Of a stretch of DNA of 64,000 nucleotides, positions 40,140-53,929 are shown piece after piece. A program made the translations under genes and the position numbers. Each line of letters opens with the position of its first letter. The first letter of the stretch is position 1. This DNA comes from Eledone cirrhosa (taxonomy: Eukaryota): positions 33,294,001 through 33,358,000 of the forward strand of contig OZ024749.1 of NCBI GenBank assembly GCA_964016885.1. Direction: 5' to 3'. The notes under the pieces were generated by a model. The model did no database searches, had not been told where the DNA came from, and saw nothing but the letters and a program-made list of their open reading frames with translations.

Positions 40140-42971
40140 TATATAATAACACTGAAACGAAGTCATCGAATAGGAGTGATATACCTTCGATCGTTTTCCT
40201 ACTCATTCAATGATTTAATAAAGTCAGTATCATTAAGATATCATCCAAAGGAAAAACAGAGAGTATACTAATACGTTATATAGTGAGAAGAAAAACGAGC
40301 GAGAGAGAGAGAGAGAGAGGAAGGGGTGGAGGGACGAGGGAGATAGATAGAGAGAGCGAGTGAGAGAGAGAGAGAGAGAGAGAAATAGGTGGAGGGAGGT
40401 AGATAAAGTGAGAAATAGAGAGAGAGAGAGAGAGGGGTGGGGTGGAGAGACAAGCGAGATAGATAGATAAAGAAAAAGAGAGAGAAGGGGTGGTGGAGAG
40501 ACGAGGGAGATAGATAGATATATAAAGAGAAAAAGAGAGAGAAAGGGAGACAGGGAAAACTCCAAAAGTAAGGACAACAAAAAGCCGAGGGTAGACCTAT
40601 ATAAGAAGCAAATGCCAAACTGACCTAATTTTCTCAACGTTGAGTGATATATCGTGGAGAAATAAAAGAAGCAGAAAAAGTAAAACAACACAAAAATAAA
40701 AGAAAAGAAAAAAAACAGAAAAATCAGAAGCGATAAGGAAGAAAAGAAGGAAAGACGGAAGGAAGGAGAAAAGAACGAAAAGAAAAATAGTAGGATATGT
40801 TGTTGTAAAATAAGAGAGAAAGAGACAGGGGGCAAAGAGATAGAGTGATAGAGAGATAGACCGGAAGAGAGAACAACAACAACAGCAGCAGTAACACAGA
40901 GTGAGAGAGAGGGAAAGAGGGAGAGAGAGAGAGAGAGAGATAGGAAAGAGGGAGAGAAAGAGAGAGAGGGGGCAAGGAGATAGACTAGGAGAACAACAGC
41001 AGTAACAGAGTGAGAGTAGATTTTTTGAATAGAGAAACAAGATGGCCACACCACAGATACAAATCCTTCTGCTGCGGCCAAATAGCATATTATATTAGTT
41101 ACAATTTGACAGAGAAAGTAGCTCACTATTATTAAAGAACGCCATAATATGTTTTCCCAGCCAAATTTTCCGCGGAAGAACTAATTAAAACTAATTAGAT
41201 ATTATCAAGTATTAAAATTGTGTTGGCCAGCGACTATTTTTTTCCAGGTTTTAATCTCACTTTAAAAAATAAAAAATGCAATTATAAACTTAATTAGTGA
41301 ATAATTAATTATTTAAATCTATATCAGGATAAATCTAACAAATTTTTCTCAAGAATATAAAAATGATTGAACAGTGACTGTTTATTTCAGAATCTCAAGT
41401 ATAAATTTTATTGTAAAGTTATTACTATGAGTGATGGACTTTAAAAGTCGACACATACAAGGAAAATTACTTCTTCCGTTCATTAATGATTCCATTATGG
41501 AATACTTTCGTTCTGTATTGCTTCCAGAATCGGAGAGAATGTTTTGTGGTCGATTCTTCATCTATATCTCTTTCTCATTTCCTCTCTCTTACTTTCTATC
41601 TTTCTCGAGAAGCAATCTGCTATAGTTAGACCTGGAGAGAGATGGACTCTGTCAGGCTTAAAATGCCCAAGAAACGCCGTATATCAACACCGCACACTAC
41701 AACTCTATCAGGAGTTACGGGACCATACATACATATTAATGTGTGGAATACTTTGACATGGTAGAGTATGTATTTATGGATTCGTAACTCATGAGGGAGT
41801 CGCAGGAACGCCATATTGACATGCAGCGTTTCTATCTGGTGGAGCCCATCTCCTCTCCGGAAGAGGGCCAAATGAATAACTTAGTTTTGAGATCAAATTC
41901 AATAAAAATTAATTTCACGTTTGAAAGAAGTTAGGATATTAATTCATACGAAATAAACCGTGAAGTCTCAAGAGTGTAGTTGTTTTGGTTCTCTCCTCTC
42001 TGAGTTCAAATCACTCCAAGGTCAACTTTGCCTTTCATTCTTCCGGGATCGATAAACCAGACCTGTCAACTCTCTCCGTCCGACAGGGAGATCTCCCACC
42101 CACTTTGGGGGTGGGTGAGCGATGTCTTCTCTTGTGAAAATTGATATAGCTTTCATTATGTAAAATCTCCCCCTTTCATCCTTTCGGGGTCGATAAAATA
42201 AAGTACCAGTAATGAACTGGGTAATTCCTGGCCTTGTGCCTAACGTAGAAACAATTATGTAAAATCTCCCCATTTTGCCTCATTTCTCCCCGTTTTGGGG
42301 CCACTTTTTTCATGGTATTCTCCGTTTGGATTTTTAGGTTGGCAGGTCTGACAAAGTACCAGCAAAATACTGACTATAACTGGCACTCCGTCGGTTACGA
42401 CGACGAGTATTCCAGTTGATCCGATCAACGTAACAGCTTGCTCGTGAAATTAACGTGAAGTGGCTGAGCATTTCATAGACACGCGCATCCTTGCCATAGT
42501 TCTCAGGGAGATTCATCATGACACAGAAAATGACAAAGCTGACCCTTCGAATAACAGGTACAACTCATTTTTGCCAGCTGAGTGGACTGGAGCAACGTGA
42601 AATAAAGTGTCTTGCTCAAGGACACAACGCGCCTAAACTAGAAATTATTAATAGCGGACATTTACCAATGTGTTTATCATGTAAAAACAACAACAAAACA
42701 CACTAACGATAATTGAACAAACCTTTTCAAACGAAGAAATGAAAGCACTAAATATGATTGATTACTAATTATGATCGATCACTAAGTATGATTGATCATT
42801 TAAAAACAAAGCGTCCAGATAAACGAAAACAGGATCTAAGCTACTTTCAGCTTTCAGAGCTTAAAAATATATCAAATTTAAAATTCGATCAATAATACGT
42901 TGATTTCAGAACCCATGTAGCTGATTAGAGAAACGATTAATTGAATTTTATAACACACTGTTGGTTAAAAC

Positions 42972-43275
42972 TCCTTGTCCAAGTCTCCGTATGACCAGCC
43001 CTTTTCCAATTGCAGTATGACTGGGCCTTGTCCAAGTGTCTGTATAGCCAACCCTTGTCCATTTACCGTATGACTGGGCTTTTTCCAATTGCCCGTATGG
43101 CCAGCCTTTGTCCAATTGCAGTATGACTGGGCCTTGTTCAAGTGTCCGTATAGCCGACCCTTGTCCAATTTCCGTATGACTGGGCCTTGTCTAAGTGTCC
43201 ATATGGCCAACCCTTGTCCAATTCCTCATATAACCATCCCTTGTCCAATTACTCCTATAACCAGCCCTTGTCCAG
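42972..43275. repeat. 26-28-bp diverged minisatellite (CCTTGTCCAATTGCCCGTATGGCCAG-like), block 1
   Basis: Direct reading. Confidence 0.9.
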
Positions 43276-44036
43276 CAGTAAATGAAATTATAAATAGCTT
43301 GAAATGAAATGGAACGAAATTTACATCTCTCACATATAGAAGTTTGGCTGGCCTCTTACAAGGTTGTTTCTCATTCGAGATCTCTTGGGTGTTTTAGTGA
43401 TAGTGGGGTGGTGGTATTATTAGTGGGGTAGTGGTATTATGAAAAGCAACGGGAAATGAATTGTCTTGCTCAAGAACACAACGTGTCGCCCGATCCAAGA
43501 ATTGAACTCATCACCTTATTTATGATTGTGAGTACAACGCCCTTAATTACTTCACCACCCATATTTATTATAAATAATCTGAAAAGCCATGACAAAAGGC
43601 AATATAGTCATACAACGTCAGTAATTCCTCTAAGAGATAGTTCAGTGTGAACAACAATTGACAAATGACAAATGACATTGAAACAACGACAACTACAACT
43701 ACAACAACAAAACCAGAAACAATAATAAAAAAAAAGATACAAAAACAACAAACAGGAAACAAGTATTGTCGTGATTTAGAAAGCCTAAAATGTTCGTTAG
43801 AAGTCGATGATACAGCTTTACGTGACAATGAATATGTTATTGGTGTACATGTGTTATTCAAATATCTAGAGAAGTTATAGAAAAGTTCCTTTTTTCAGAA
43901 CAATTGAAAAACTGACATAGAAAGGGTTCCACATACAATTTATAGAATAGTTAAACACCTTTTCTTTTTCATTGATAAATATATATTCCTCTTCTAAATG
44001 TTACTGCATGTATAGCTGATGGATCATCTAGCAGCT

Positions 44037-44870
44037 CGCCAACCCTTGTCCAAGTCTCCATATGACCAGCCTTTGTCCAATTGCAGTATGACTGGGCTTT
44101 GCTTGTCCAAGTGTCCGTATGGCCAGCCCTTGTCTAAGTGCCCGCATAACGGCCTTTGTCCATTTACCGTATGACTGGGCCTCATTCAAATGCTTGTATG
44201 ACCAGCCCGTGTCCAATTGATCGTATGGCCAACCCTTGTCCAATTGCCGTATGATTGGGCCTTGTCCAAGTACCCGTATGACCGACCCTTGTCCAATTGC
44301 TGTATGATTGGACCTTCTCCAAGTACCCGTGTAGCTGACCCTTGTCCAATTGCAGTATGACTGGGCCTTGTTCAAGTGCCCGTAGGCCAGCCTTTGTCCG
44401 TTTACCATATGACTGGGCCTTGTCCAATTGTCTATGTGGCCAACCCTTTGTCCAATTGCTTATATAGCCATCCCTTGTCCAATTGCTCGTATGACCAGCC
44501 CTTGTCTAATTGCTCGTATGGCCAGCTCTTGTCCAATTGCTCATATGACTGGGCCTTATCCAAGTGCCTGTATGGTCAACCCTTTGTCCAAGTGTCCGTA
44601 TAGCCAACCCTTCTCCAATTGCCCGTATGGCAAGCCCTTATGCAATTGCCCGTATGGCCAGCCCGTGTCCAATTGGCCATATGACCAACCCTTGTCCAAT
44701 TGCCATATGACTGGGCCCTATCCATGTGCCCGTATGGCCAACCCTTGTCCAATTGCTCATATGTCCAACTCTTGCCAAATTGTCCGTACGACAAAGCCTT
44801 GTTCAATTACCCGTATAGCTAGTCCAAGTGACCGTATAACCAGGCTGCGTCGAAATGCCCGTATGTAACA
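44037..44870. repeat. Same 26-28-bp minisatellite, block 2
   Basis: Direct reading, ~30 units. Confidence 0.92.
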
Positions 44871-45020
44871 ATCCCACAATGTCTCATAAAGAAGTCGTTA
44901 TTATATTTCAGGAACCCAGGTGAAGAAATAGGAAATCATTCTAAATTGAATTTCTATTGATTAATTAAAAACTCCCTGAATCTTCATTAAAATTAGATTG
45001 AAAATAGAATTTGTGTATGT

Positions 45021-45083
<63 letters not shown>

Positions 45084-45935
45084 TGAGAGAGAGAGACACA
45101 GAGAGTATGTGTGTGTGATGCGTTGTTTATGGTATTCATCTGTATGTGCATATATGTGTGTTGCTTAATGTATGTATAATGTGTGTGTTGTTTAACGCAT
45201 GCCTTTGTTGGTATGTGTGTTGCGTGTTCTTTAATGCATATATGTATGTATGTGTATGTGTATGTGTGTATATGTGTATGTGTGTATATGTAAATGTGTG
45301 TCTGTGTGTGTGGATTAATCTAAGTGTATTCACGATAACAACTCAAAACACAAATCCCATCCATCCAAATATTTATCTATCTTTCTATGTATGTATGTAT
45401 GTATGTATGTATGTATGTATGTATGTATGTATGTATGTATGTATGTATGCATGTATGCATGTATGTATGTATGTATGCATGTATGTATGTATGTATGTAT
45501 GTATGTATGCATGTATGTGTGTGTGTATGTATGTATATAGGTATGTACTTATGTGTGTATGTATGTAGGTATGTTTTTATGTATGTGTGTATGTAGGTAT
45601 GTGTATGTACGTATGTGTGTATGTATGTGTGTATGATTGCGGAGAGACTTTGTAAGGAATGCTCGACCGTGCTCACACTGATGTATGTATGTATGTATGT
45701 ATGTATGTATGTATGTATGTATGTATGTATGTATGTATGTATGTATGTATGTATGTGTGCGTGTGTGTGTATGTATATAGATATGTATGTATGTATGTAT
45801 ATGTGCGTGTGTGTATGTATATAGATATGTATGTATGTATGTATGTATGTATGATTGTTTGTTTGACATTTCTATAGCGTGACAGAATCAAAAATCTATT
45901 AAACGCGACACAGGCATTCTCTCCTATACACACAA

Positions 45936-45966
<31 letters not shown>

Positions 45967-46048
45967 GAGAGAGAGAGAGAACGAGAGAGAGAAAGAGAAG
46001 GGGGAGAGAGGGAGAGCGAGAGAGCGAGAGAGAGAATGAAAGATTTAT

Positions 46049-46081
<33 letters not shown>

Positions 46082-46111
46082 AATATAGTTTTAATATAGA
46101 TATATTATATA

Positions 46112-46238
<127 letters not shown>

Positions 46239-46624
46239 TAGTAGTTACTTAGGTTGATAACGATACACGTGTCTTCTTTGTCTACGCTTTAGAAAAAGGA
46301 ATCCTGTAATACTTCCAGCATGCTGAATTCTTACAATTCTCCTCTGTAGTGTTAATAATTTTATTAGTTTTTATGACAAGACGAAACGGCACTGATGGAC
46401 TACACCAAGAACTATCTTTCGAAACCTAGGGGAAGAACAAACATACCGCTACTAATTCTAGCCCTAAATCTGGCTGAGTGAATGACATAAAGATCGCTTC
46501 TATGTACCTCACAGCTGTTATATCTTCACAGCTGTCGGGAGCAATGCCTCTGCTTTAGCGATGCATCAGTTCGCTTCGTTTTCTTCTTCTGGATTTTTGC
46601 CTGATGTATTTCTGTATGTCTTTG

Positions 46625-46659
<35 letters not shown>

Positions 46660-46667
46660 GTGTGTAT

Positions 46668-46805
46668 ATAGGAACAAGTAGGACCCCGACGGCTGAGCTC
46701 AGCCGTCGAGGTCCTACTTGTTCCTATTACCCACTCTACTACCCCAAGTATTGAGTACTTTGGTGCGTTATGGTCCATCTGGTTCCTTACCATATTTCCT
46801 TCGTT
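46668..46805 (+). mobile_element. Fold-back element, family A (short palindrome centred on GAGCTC)
   Basis: Palindrome 46668-46727 plus conserved tail to CCTTCGTT-(AT)n. Confidence 0.85.
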
Positions 46806-46808
46806 ATA

Positions 46809-46879
<71 letters not shown>

Positions 46880-46983
46880 GATATAAAAACTGGTGGTGGG
46901 GAAGATAAAACAGCTCAAAATACAGTAATTATCGTAAATCAATATTTAATGTAAAACCGTATTTGGTAATTACTTTATATATG

Positions 46984-47086
<103 letters not shown>

Positions 47087-47088
47087 TT

Positions 47089-47164
<76 letters not shown>

Positions 47165-47166
47165 TT

Positions 47167-47210
<44 letters not shown>

Positions 47211-47480
47211 GCTTGGCATATTTTGTGTTAGTTAATCCGCTAGTGTATCCGGGATACAACACTAGGCAAAGTATACATATAGTGCTGTGTACTCAGATAT
47301 CAACATGGCTTTGGGGAAACTGCACCAACAACTTACCCGTGGCATATCACAGAATGTAAATTTTCTCTTTATGTAATAGCTGTCAAATGAGGTCGTAAAT
47401 GTTACATAACCTTTACCATAGAAATATGTATAGCAGAGATTAAATAATTAGGTAAATTATAACCTACTGGCTTCTACTTC

Positions 47481-47534
<54 letters not shown>

Positions 47535-47586
47535 TATATATATATGGACACATATATATATGGACACATATATATACATATATATA

Positions 47587-47755
47587 CATGGACACACTAG
47601 AAGAGGAAGACCAAGGTTAACATATGTTGATGCCCTAAGGACAGACACTGGTCTGTTGGAGATGCAGGATATGGCAGCGATAATGAGGGACAGAGACCGC
47701 TGGAGAGAACTCGTCCATGGATCTCGGGAATTTTACCCGCCTTAGATAGATAGAT
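47587..47755 (+). pseudogene. 3' end of an RTE-like LINE ORF with (TAGA)n tail
   Basis: RRGRPRLTYVDALRTD...MRDRDRWRELV is a typical RTE C-terminus; stop followed by ATAG repeats. Confidence 0.8.
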
Positions 47756-48749
47756 ATATATATATAAGCGTTCAACTAATATATGACATAATCATTTCAT
47801 TGTATTATTCTCCTGTGAGACTTTTCTTATACATTAATGTTTATATATGTATGTCTCAGATAAAAAAAGGTACTTAATACGTTAGTAGGCTATAGAGATC
47901 TTTATTTTATAAAGAAATTACTTCTGCAGGACTAAAACAGTTTCATTTGCTAGTATGCAATACCCCAGGGAATTAAATGCTCCTGCCTACCATAACTAAA
48001 CCGAAGTCCTATTGTATAAGCTCTCGCGGTAATACCTTTGCTATTTCATCCGCGGAGTGCAGCTGAAATCCCGCTCAGACGGATGTGTACAGTTTATCGT
48101 CCCCTCACCCGTTCTTTCGTTGCTTAATTTCCCCTTTCTTTACTCTTTTTTTTTAAATTTTCTTCTCTTTGTTTTTTGTTTCCTTATTGCCATGTATATT
48201 GTACATTTTTTTAACTAATGGATATTTACTAAAAAAAAAAAAAAAAAAAAAATAGAAGCCTAAGGGAGACAATTCTAAACGAAACAATGCCAGAAAAATG
48301 GCTAACAGAAAAATCACAAATGAACTAAGGAGTAAACTTGTCCCGTTCTTTCGTTCGCTCGTTCTGGTTGTCTGGAGGCAGCATTCAGGAAGAAAGTTTT
48401 TGCTTTGTATCTTTCACACCATCTGTAGACCAGCAGCTATGGTGACCACAAATCAAAACCGCCTTGACCTATGCTTGCCAGTGAGAAATACTGCTTTGTG
48501 GTTTCCCAAGATAACGACTCAAGAAACTTGCAAAATTTAGCAAGGTTAAGAAAATAAATAAATGAATAAATAAATAAATAAATAAAAGCAAGAACAAAAA
48601 CAAAAACAAAAGAAACAAACAACTCACCCTCCCACTACATTTTGCAAGATGACATCACGGTTATGTATCATGAAGGGGAGAGGTTTGGAGGTTGGCGGTT
48701 GAATAACTGAAATATATATGTATGTATATACGTGTACATACATACATAC

Positions 48750-48822
<73 letters not shown>

Positions 48823-48870
48823 AAACATGTTTTTCATATATGAAGTTGAGAAACTGCTAGTATATTATAC

Positions 48871-48949
<79 letters not shown>

Positions 48950-49243
48950 TAGCTCTCAACTTTATATATGAAAAACATTTTTTTATATACCGTCTAAATT
49001 TGTATGATTGATGTTCTTAGCTTAATGTTCATTGAGATTTCTTGTTGAGAAACATAATCGATATATATGTATAGATTAAACCTAATTATAATATATATAT
49101 ATATATAAATATGAAAAAAAAACAACATATATATATATGTGTAAAACACTCACACACACTCACACACTCATACTCACAGACACAGACACACACACACGCA
49201 CACATCAACTTTTCCTTTATCAACGATTCAAATATAAAACGGC

Positions 49244-49278
<35 letters not shown>

Positions 49279-49283
49279 TATAT

Positions 49284-49444
49284 ATAGGAACCAGTAAGAC
49301 CCCGACGGCTGAGCTCAAGCCGTTTCGACGGCTAATTCTCAGCCGTCGGGGTCTTACTGGTTCCTATTACCCACTCTACTACCCTAAGTATTGAGTACTT
49401 TGGTGCGTTATGGTCCACCTGGTTCCTTACTACATTTCCTTCGT

Positions 49445-49445
<1 letters not shown>
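49284..49445 (+). mobile_element. Fold-back element, family A (asymmetric palindrome)
   Basis: Homologous to 46668 and 50645; flanked by (TA)n. Confidence 0.85.
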
Positions 49446-49506
<61 letters not shown>

Positions 49507-50014
49507 GTGTGTGTGTGTGTGTGTTGTATGCATATATATATGCATATATGTACGTATATGCATAGACTGGTTATCTACGCACGTGGCTGACACATTTCAG
49601 CTCGCTACTATATTGTTATATAATGGATGATCGCATTTAAAGTTCGTTAAAGGTTCTTGGCACTACCATTGTTACCACCGCTTTCCTCTAGCCATGGGGC
49701 TTGGAGACATGAACCGAATGCTACCATTCTATTTTATATCAATGTGAACTGCTATTTCTAATAGCCATCTTTTCACCCCTTGATAATTTGTGTGAGACAC
49801 GTTGGCTGGGAGCTTCTGACAGGAACTAAAAGATTGATTCTTTTTACCTTCCCGTCCCCACGTAAAATTTGAAAATCAGTGGCTAGTTGAGAGATGGAGT
49901 GCTATCTGGTGCTGGTTGCTAATCGCTTTACCGTGTCGGTTGTCACAAACAGTCATGACCGGCATGGGCCGGTGTTTGGCTTCTGTCGATCGATTGGTTA
50001 TTGATTAAGCGATA

Positions 50015-50124
50015 CCCGCTGATGAAGCCGCATAAGCCGATTGTGCATTGTTGCATAATATATGCAGACAGATGGTGCAGTGCACCTTACTGCTGCATTA
50101 GTGCGGCAGAAACTCGAGTCCGGG
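50015..50124 (+). ncRNA. Type I hammerhead ribozyme with expanded stem II, inside a ~700-bp element (approx. 49560-50272) ending in a tail and (TA)n
   Basis: Stem I CCCG/CGGG; CTGATGA at 50019; stem II base GCCGCAT/GTGCGGC; GAAA at 50109; palindromic stem III ACTCGAGT; GUC at 50118-50120. Confidence 0.82.
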
Positions 50125-50268
50125 GACCTTATAGGCACCCGTTTTACGTGTGTTGTGTTGAGGCAAATAACTATGTGTATACTCTGGTAATGTATCTTAC
50201 ATTGCCCATTGAGTGCGCTGAGATACAACCGGTATGGCATTGATAAATATGGTGGGTCCGTCAACCCT

Positions 50269-50328
<60 letters not shown>

Positions 50329-50519
50329 CAATGTAGGAACTAACTTTGGACAAAAAACAAAATAAATGTTTCTACTTTAGGCACAAGGCTAGCAATTACC
50401 CAGTACAATACTTTATTTTATCGACTGATGAAAGGCAAAGTCAACCTCGACGGGATTTGAACTCAGAACAAAATACAAAATAATATTACATATTTATATA
50501 TATATGTATATAATATATG

Positions 50520-50571
<52 letters not shown>

Positions 50572-50590
50572 CATGAGAAGAAAGAAGAAA

Positions 50591-50644
<54 letters not shown>

Positions 50645-50649
<5 letters not shown>

Positions 50650-50866
50650 AACGAGTAGGACCCCGACGGCTGAGCTCAAGCCGTTTCGACGGCTAATTCT
50701 GGACTCAGTCCAGAATTAGCCGTCGAAACGGCTTGAGCTCAGCCGTCGGGGTCCTACTCGTTCCTATTACCCACAAAAACCCTAAAAAAACCCACTCTAC
50801 TACCCTAAGTATTGAGTACTTTGGTGCGTTATGGTCCATCTGGTTCCTTACCACATTTCCTTCGTT
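50645..50866 (+). mobile_element. Fold-back element, family A (perfect 123-bp palindrome plus tail)
   Basis: Palindrome 50645-50767 centred at 50706; tail AAGTATTGAGTACTTTGGTGCGTTATGGTCC...TTCGTT-(AT)n. Confidence 0.9.
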
Positions 50867-50936
50867 ATATATATATATATATATATTTATATATAAATAT
50901 GTAATATTATTTTGTCCAAAGTTAGTTCCTACATTG

Positions 50937-50993
<57 letters not shown>

Positions 50994-51408
50994 CATATGT
51001 ACATATATACATATATATATATGCATATACACACACACACATATATATATATATGTATATATACGTACATTAAAGTGAACTCTTAGTAAGTGTTCTAGCA
51101 TATTTAAACAAAGAAGAAACCTGAAACCGCACAGAATGGTTTTCCCAGACTTCCATGTTCCTACTACTTCTCCCACTTCTTCTCATACACCCTTAATTCC
51201 CATTACCCTGCATTCTTCTCCCATTTCTTATACACGTACCCCCACCACCCCTATCTCCTCCACCCCCCACCACTGCCGCCGTCGCCACCATGTCACCCTG
51301 CCCCACCCTCCTTCGTCTTTTCTCTCTCTCCTCCTTGCACGCCAACCCATACTTTTCGTTTCACCGTCCAAGTCAAGTTTTCTTAGTATAAAACTTTGTA
51401 TGTATGTA

Positions 51409-51445
<37 letters not shown>

Positions 51446-51804
51446 GTGTGTATGTATGTGTGTATGTATGTATCTATGTGTGTATGTGTGTATGTGTGTA
51501 GGTGTGTATGTATGTGTGTAGGTGTGTATGAATGTATGTGTGTATGTATGTATGTATGTATGTGTGTATGTATGTAGGCATGCATGTATGTATGTATGTA
51601 TGTATGTGTGTAGGTGTGTATGTATGTATGTATGTGTAGGTGTGTAGGTGTGTATGTATGTAAGTATATATGTATGTATGTATGTATGTATGTGTGTATG
51701 TGTGTATGTGTGTATGTGTGCAGGTATGTATGTAATGCTCTACCAACAGTGATTAATCATCATCATCACAACCATCATCATCACAACCATCATCATCGTC
51801 ATCG

Positions 51805-51847
<43 letters not shown>

Positions 51848-52125
51848 TATCACTACCATCACCATCATCACCATCATAATCATCAGTAACTTCATCTTTG
51901 TCGTCATCTTCATCATCACCATCATTATTTATCGTCGATCTAATCTTTACCAGTTTAAACATAACTGTGTAACCTCAGTAAACTATTGGTCTCTACCATG
52001 GCATTGAGTACTTATTCTTGCGTTTGCCTATACATGTATATTTCTAATTTCTGCCGGACCGGCAACCGCTCTTTCAAACCAGTTCCTGTACACAGCTAAG
52101 TATTCTATAAGTCTCTAGCTGTGTC

Positions 52126-52214
52126 ATTCTCGATAAAAGCACTGGATATGTAGTCCTGATGATTTCTAACAAGAATGAAACGCGTAGATTACTTCCCTTG
52201 CTTTTATCGAGAAT
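52126..52214 (+). ncRNA. Type I hammerhead ribozyme, unit 1
   Basis: Stem I GTAGTC/GATTAC extended past an internal loop by ATTCTCGATAAAAGCA/TGCTTTTATCGAGAAT (16 bp); CTGATGA at 52156; stem II TTCT/AGAA; GAAA; stem III ACGCGT; GUA ending at 52186. Confidence 0.88.
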
Positions 52215-52435
52215 CTAATTGTAATACGTGACGTATTCTATTCTATAGCGATTAGGTCTTCAAAATGTTTATTATAAACATACAGAATATTTTCGAATAT
52301 TCTATGTCTATATTCACATATATATCGCTATTTCAGAGCATTTATTCCAATTTCTAATTTCTGCCGGACCGGCAACCGCTCTTTCAAACCAGTTCCTGTA
52401 CACAGCTAAGTATTCTATAAGTCTCTAGCTGTGTC

Positions 52436-52524
52436 ATTCTCGATAAAAGCACTGGATATGTAGTCCTGATGATTTCTAACAAGAATGAAACGCGTAGATT
52501 ACTTCCCTTGCTTTTATCGAGAAT
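52436..52524 (+). ncRNA. Type I hammerhead ribozyme, unit 2
   Basis: Identical to 52126-52214, offset 310 bp. Confidence 0.88.
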
Positions 52525-52767
52525 CTAATTGTAATACGTGACGTATTCTATTCTATAGCGATTAGGTCTTCAAAATGTTTATTATAAACATACAGAATAT
52601 TTTCGAATATTCTATGTCTATATTCACATATATATCGCTATTTCAGAGCATTTATTCCAATTTCGTATATAAGTATATATATAAGCCAGATTTATATAGA
52701 TACTATATATTTGTAAGCGATACTAATACAAAACCTACATAAGCCCTACATATATATATTTTTTAAA

Positions 52768-53040
52768 TTTAATTACATGATAAACAACACAACATAATTA
52801 TACCATTACCAAAGGTTTCAGGAAACTAGACGATCCTTACAGACGTCCAGCTCGTTCATCAGATGAAATAGTCTATTTCATCTTATGAACGAGTTGGACG
52901 TTTCTGTAAGGATCGTCTAGCTTCCTGAAACCTTTGGTAATGGAATAATTTATTGTGTTGTTTATTATGTAATTAAATAACCATGTACTCTACATAGAGG
53001 AGCACTCTTCTTTCCTTTACCTTTTCTACGGAAATACTTA
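52768..53040 (+). mobile_element. Fold-back element with an HHR in both arms plus tail
   Basis: Imperfect palindrome ~52768-52977; minus arm 52803-52868 has CTGATGA...GAAACCTTTGGTA; plus arm core reads CTTATGA; tail resembles 14650-14700. Confidence 0.82.
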
Positions 53041-53045
53041 ACACA

Positions 53046-53101
<56 letters not shown>

Positions 53102-53612
53102 GTGAACACATATCTTAGGAGCTTCCGATTCCAGAGTCAGGACCGAACATTAATTGATCATTCCTGGGGTTGATCGGCAATGAAACATATGTAATGTATG
53201 ATTAAATATGTATATGATGCAATACTGATTCTTAGTTCCCTTAGATATTATACATATATCGTTTTTTTCGTTGATAGCTCTTTTTAGCAAACACGACGGG
53301 TGGCAAACCCTTCAAAGAACTCATATGTCTGCTGGGCACACAAGCAATAGGACGTGTGTTTTTTCCTGCCAGCGACATATCAAATATATAGGGTATTCAT
53401 CTGAGAATACCGTTCTCATAATCAACAGCAAATGTATGAAGGGCATCTCGAGTGCATGGAGAACCATGGAAATAATTATAATGATTAAACGATTTATGTA
53501 ACCTCAGCATCTTATTTTGTTATTTTCTAAAATCCTCCATCGTAACTAAAATCTACGATTGTTGAGAGCTTTCTCCTGTTTACTCCTGTTTTTACCAAAA
53601 CAAACTTTTCTG

Positions 53613-53686
<74 letters not shown>

Positions 53687-53861
53687 CAATATATTAATAA
53701 ATGGAAACTATATTTATAAAACCATATTTATTTTATTATATATATTTCAAGGGCAACCAAGGCAAATTATGGTGCGCTTTCATCAGATAAAATACAGACT
53801 TTTTTTATAACTAAATATTGACATACCCGGAAAAAGACAACCTTAACGGTTGGAGGTTCCT

Positions 53862-53929
<68 letters not shown>

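Larger units (their letters stand above)
52041..52664 (+). mobile_element. Tandem dimer of a 310-bp HHR-bearing unit (retrozyme-like or tandem pLTR)
   Basis: 52041-52350 is repeated at 52351-52660; one HHR per unit. Confidence 0.85.

Noticed and set aside
47380-47436. HHR-like CTGT-CAAATGA...GAAATATGTATA-GCAG
   Set aside because: Two core substitutions; probably a dead relic, so not counted as a ribozyme
53128-53198. GAAACATATGTA HHR 3' half
   Set aside because: No recognisable CUGANGA box upstream
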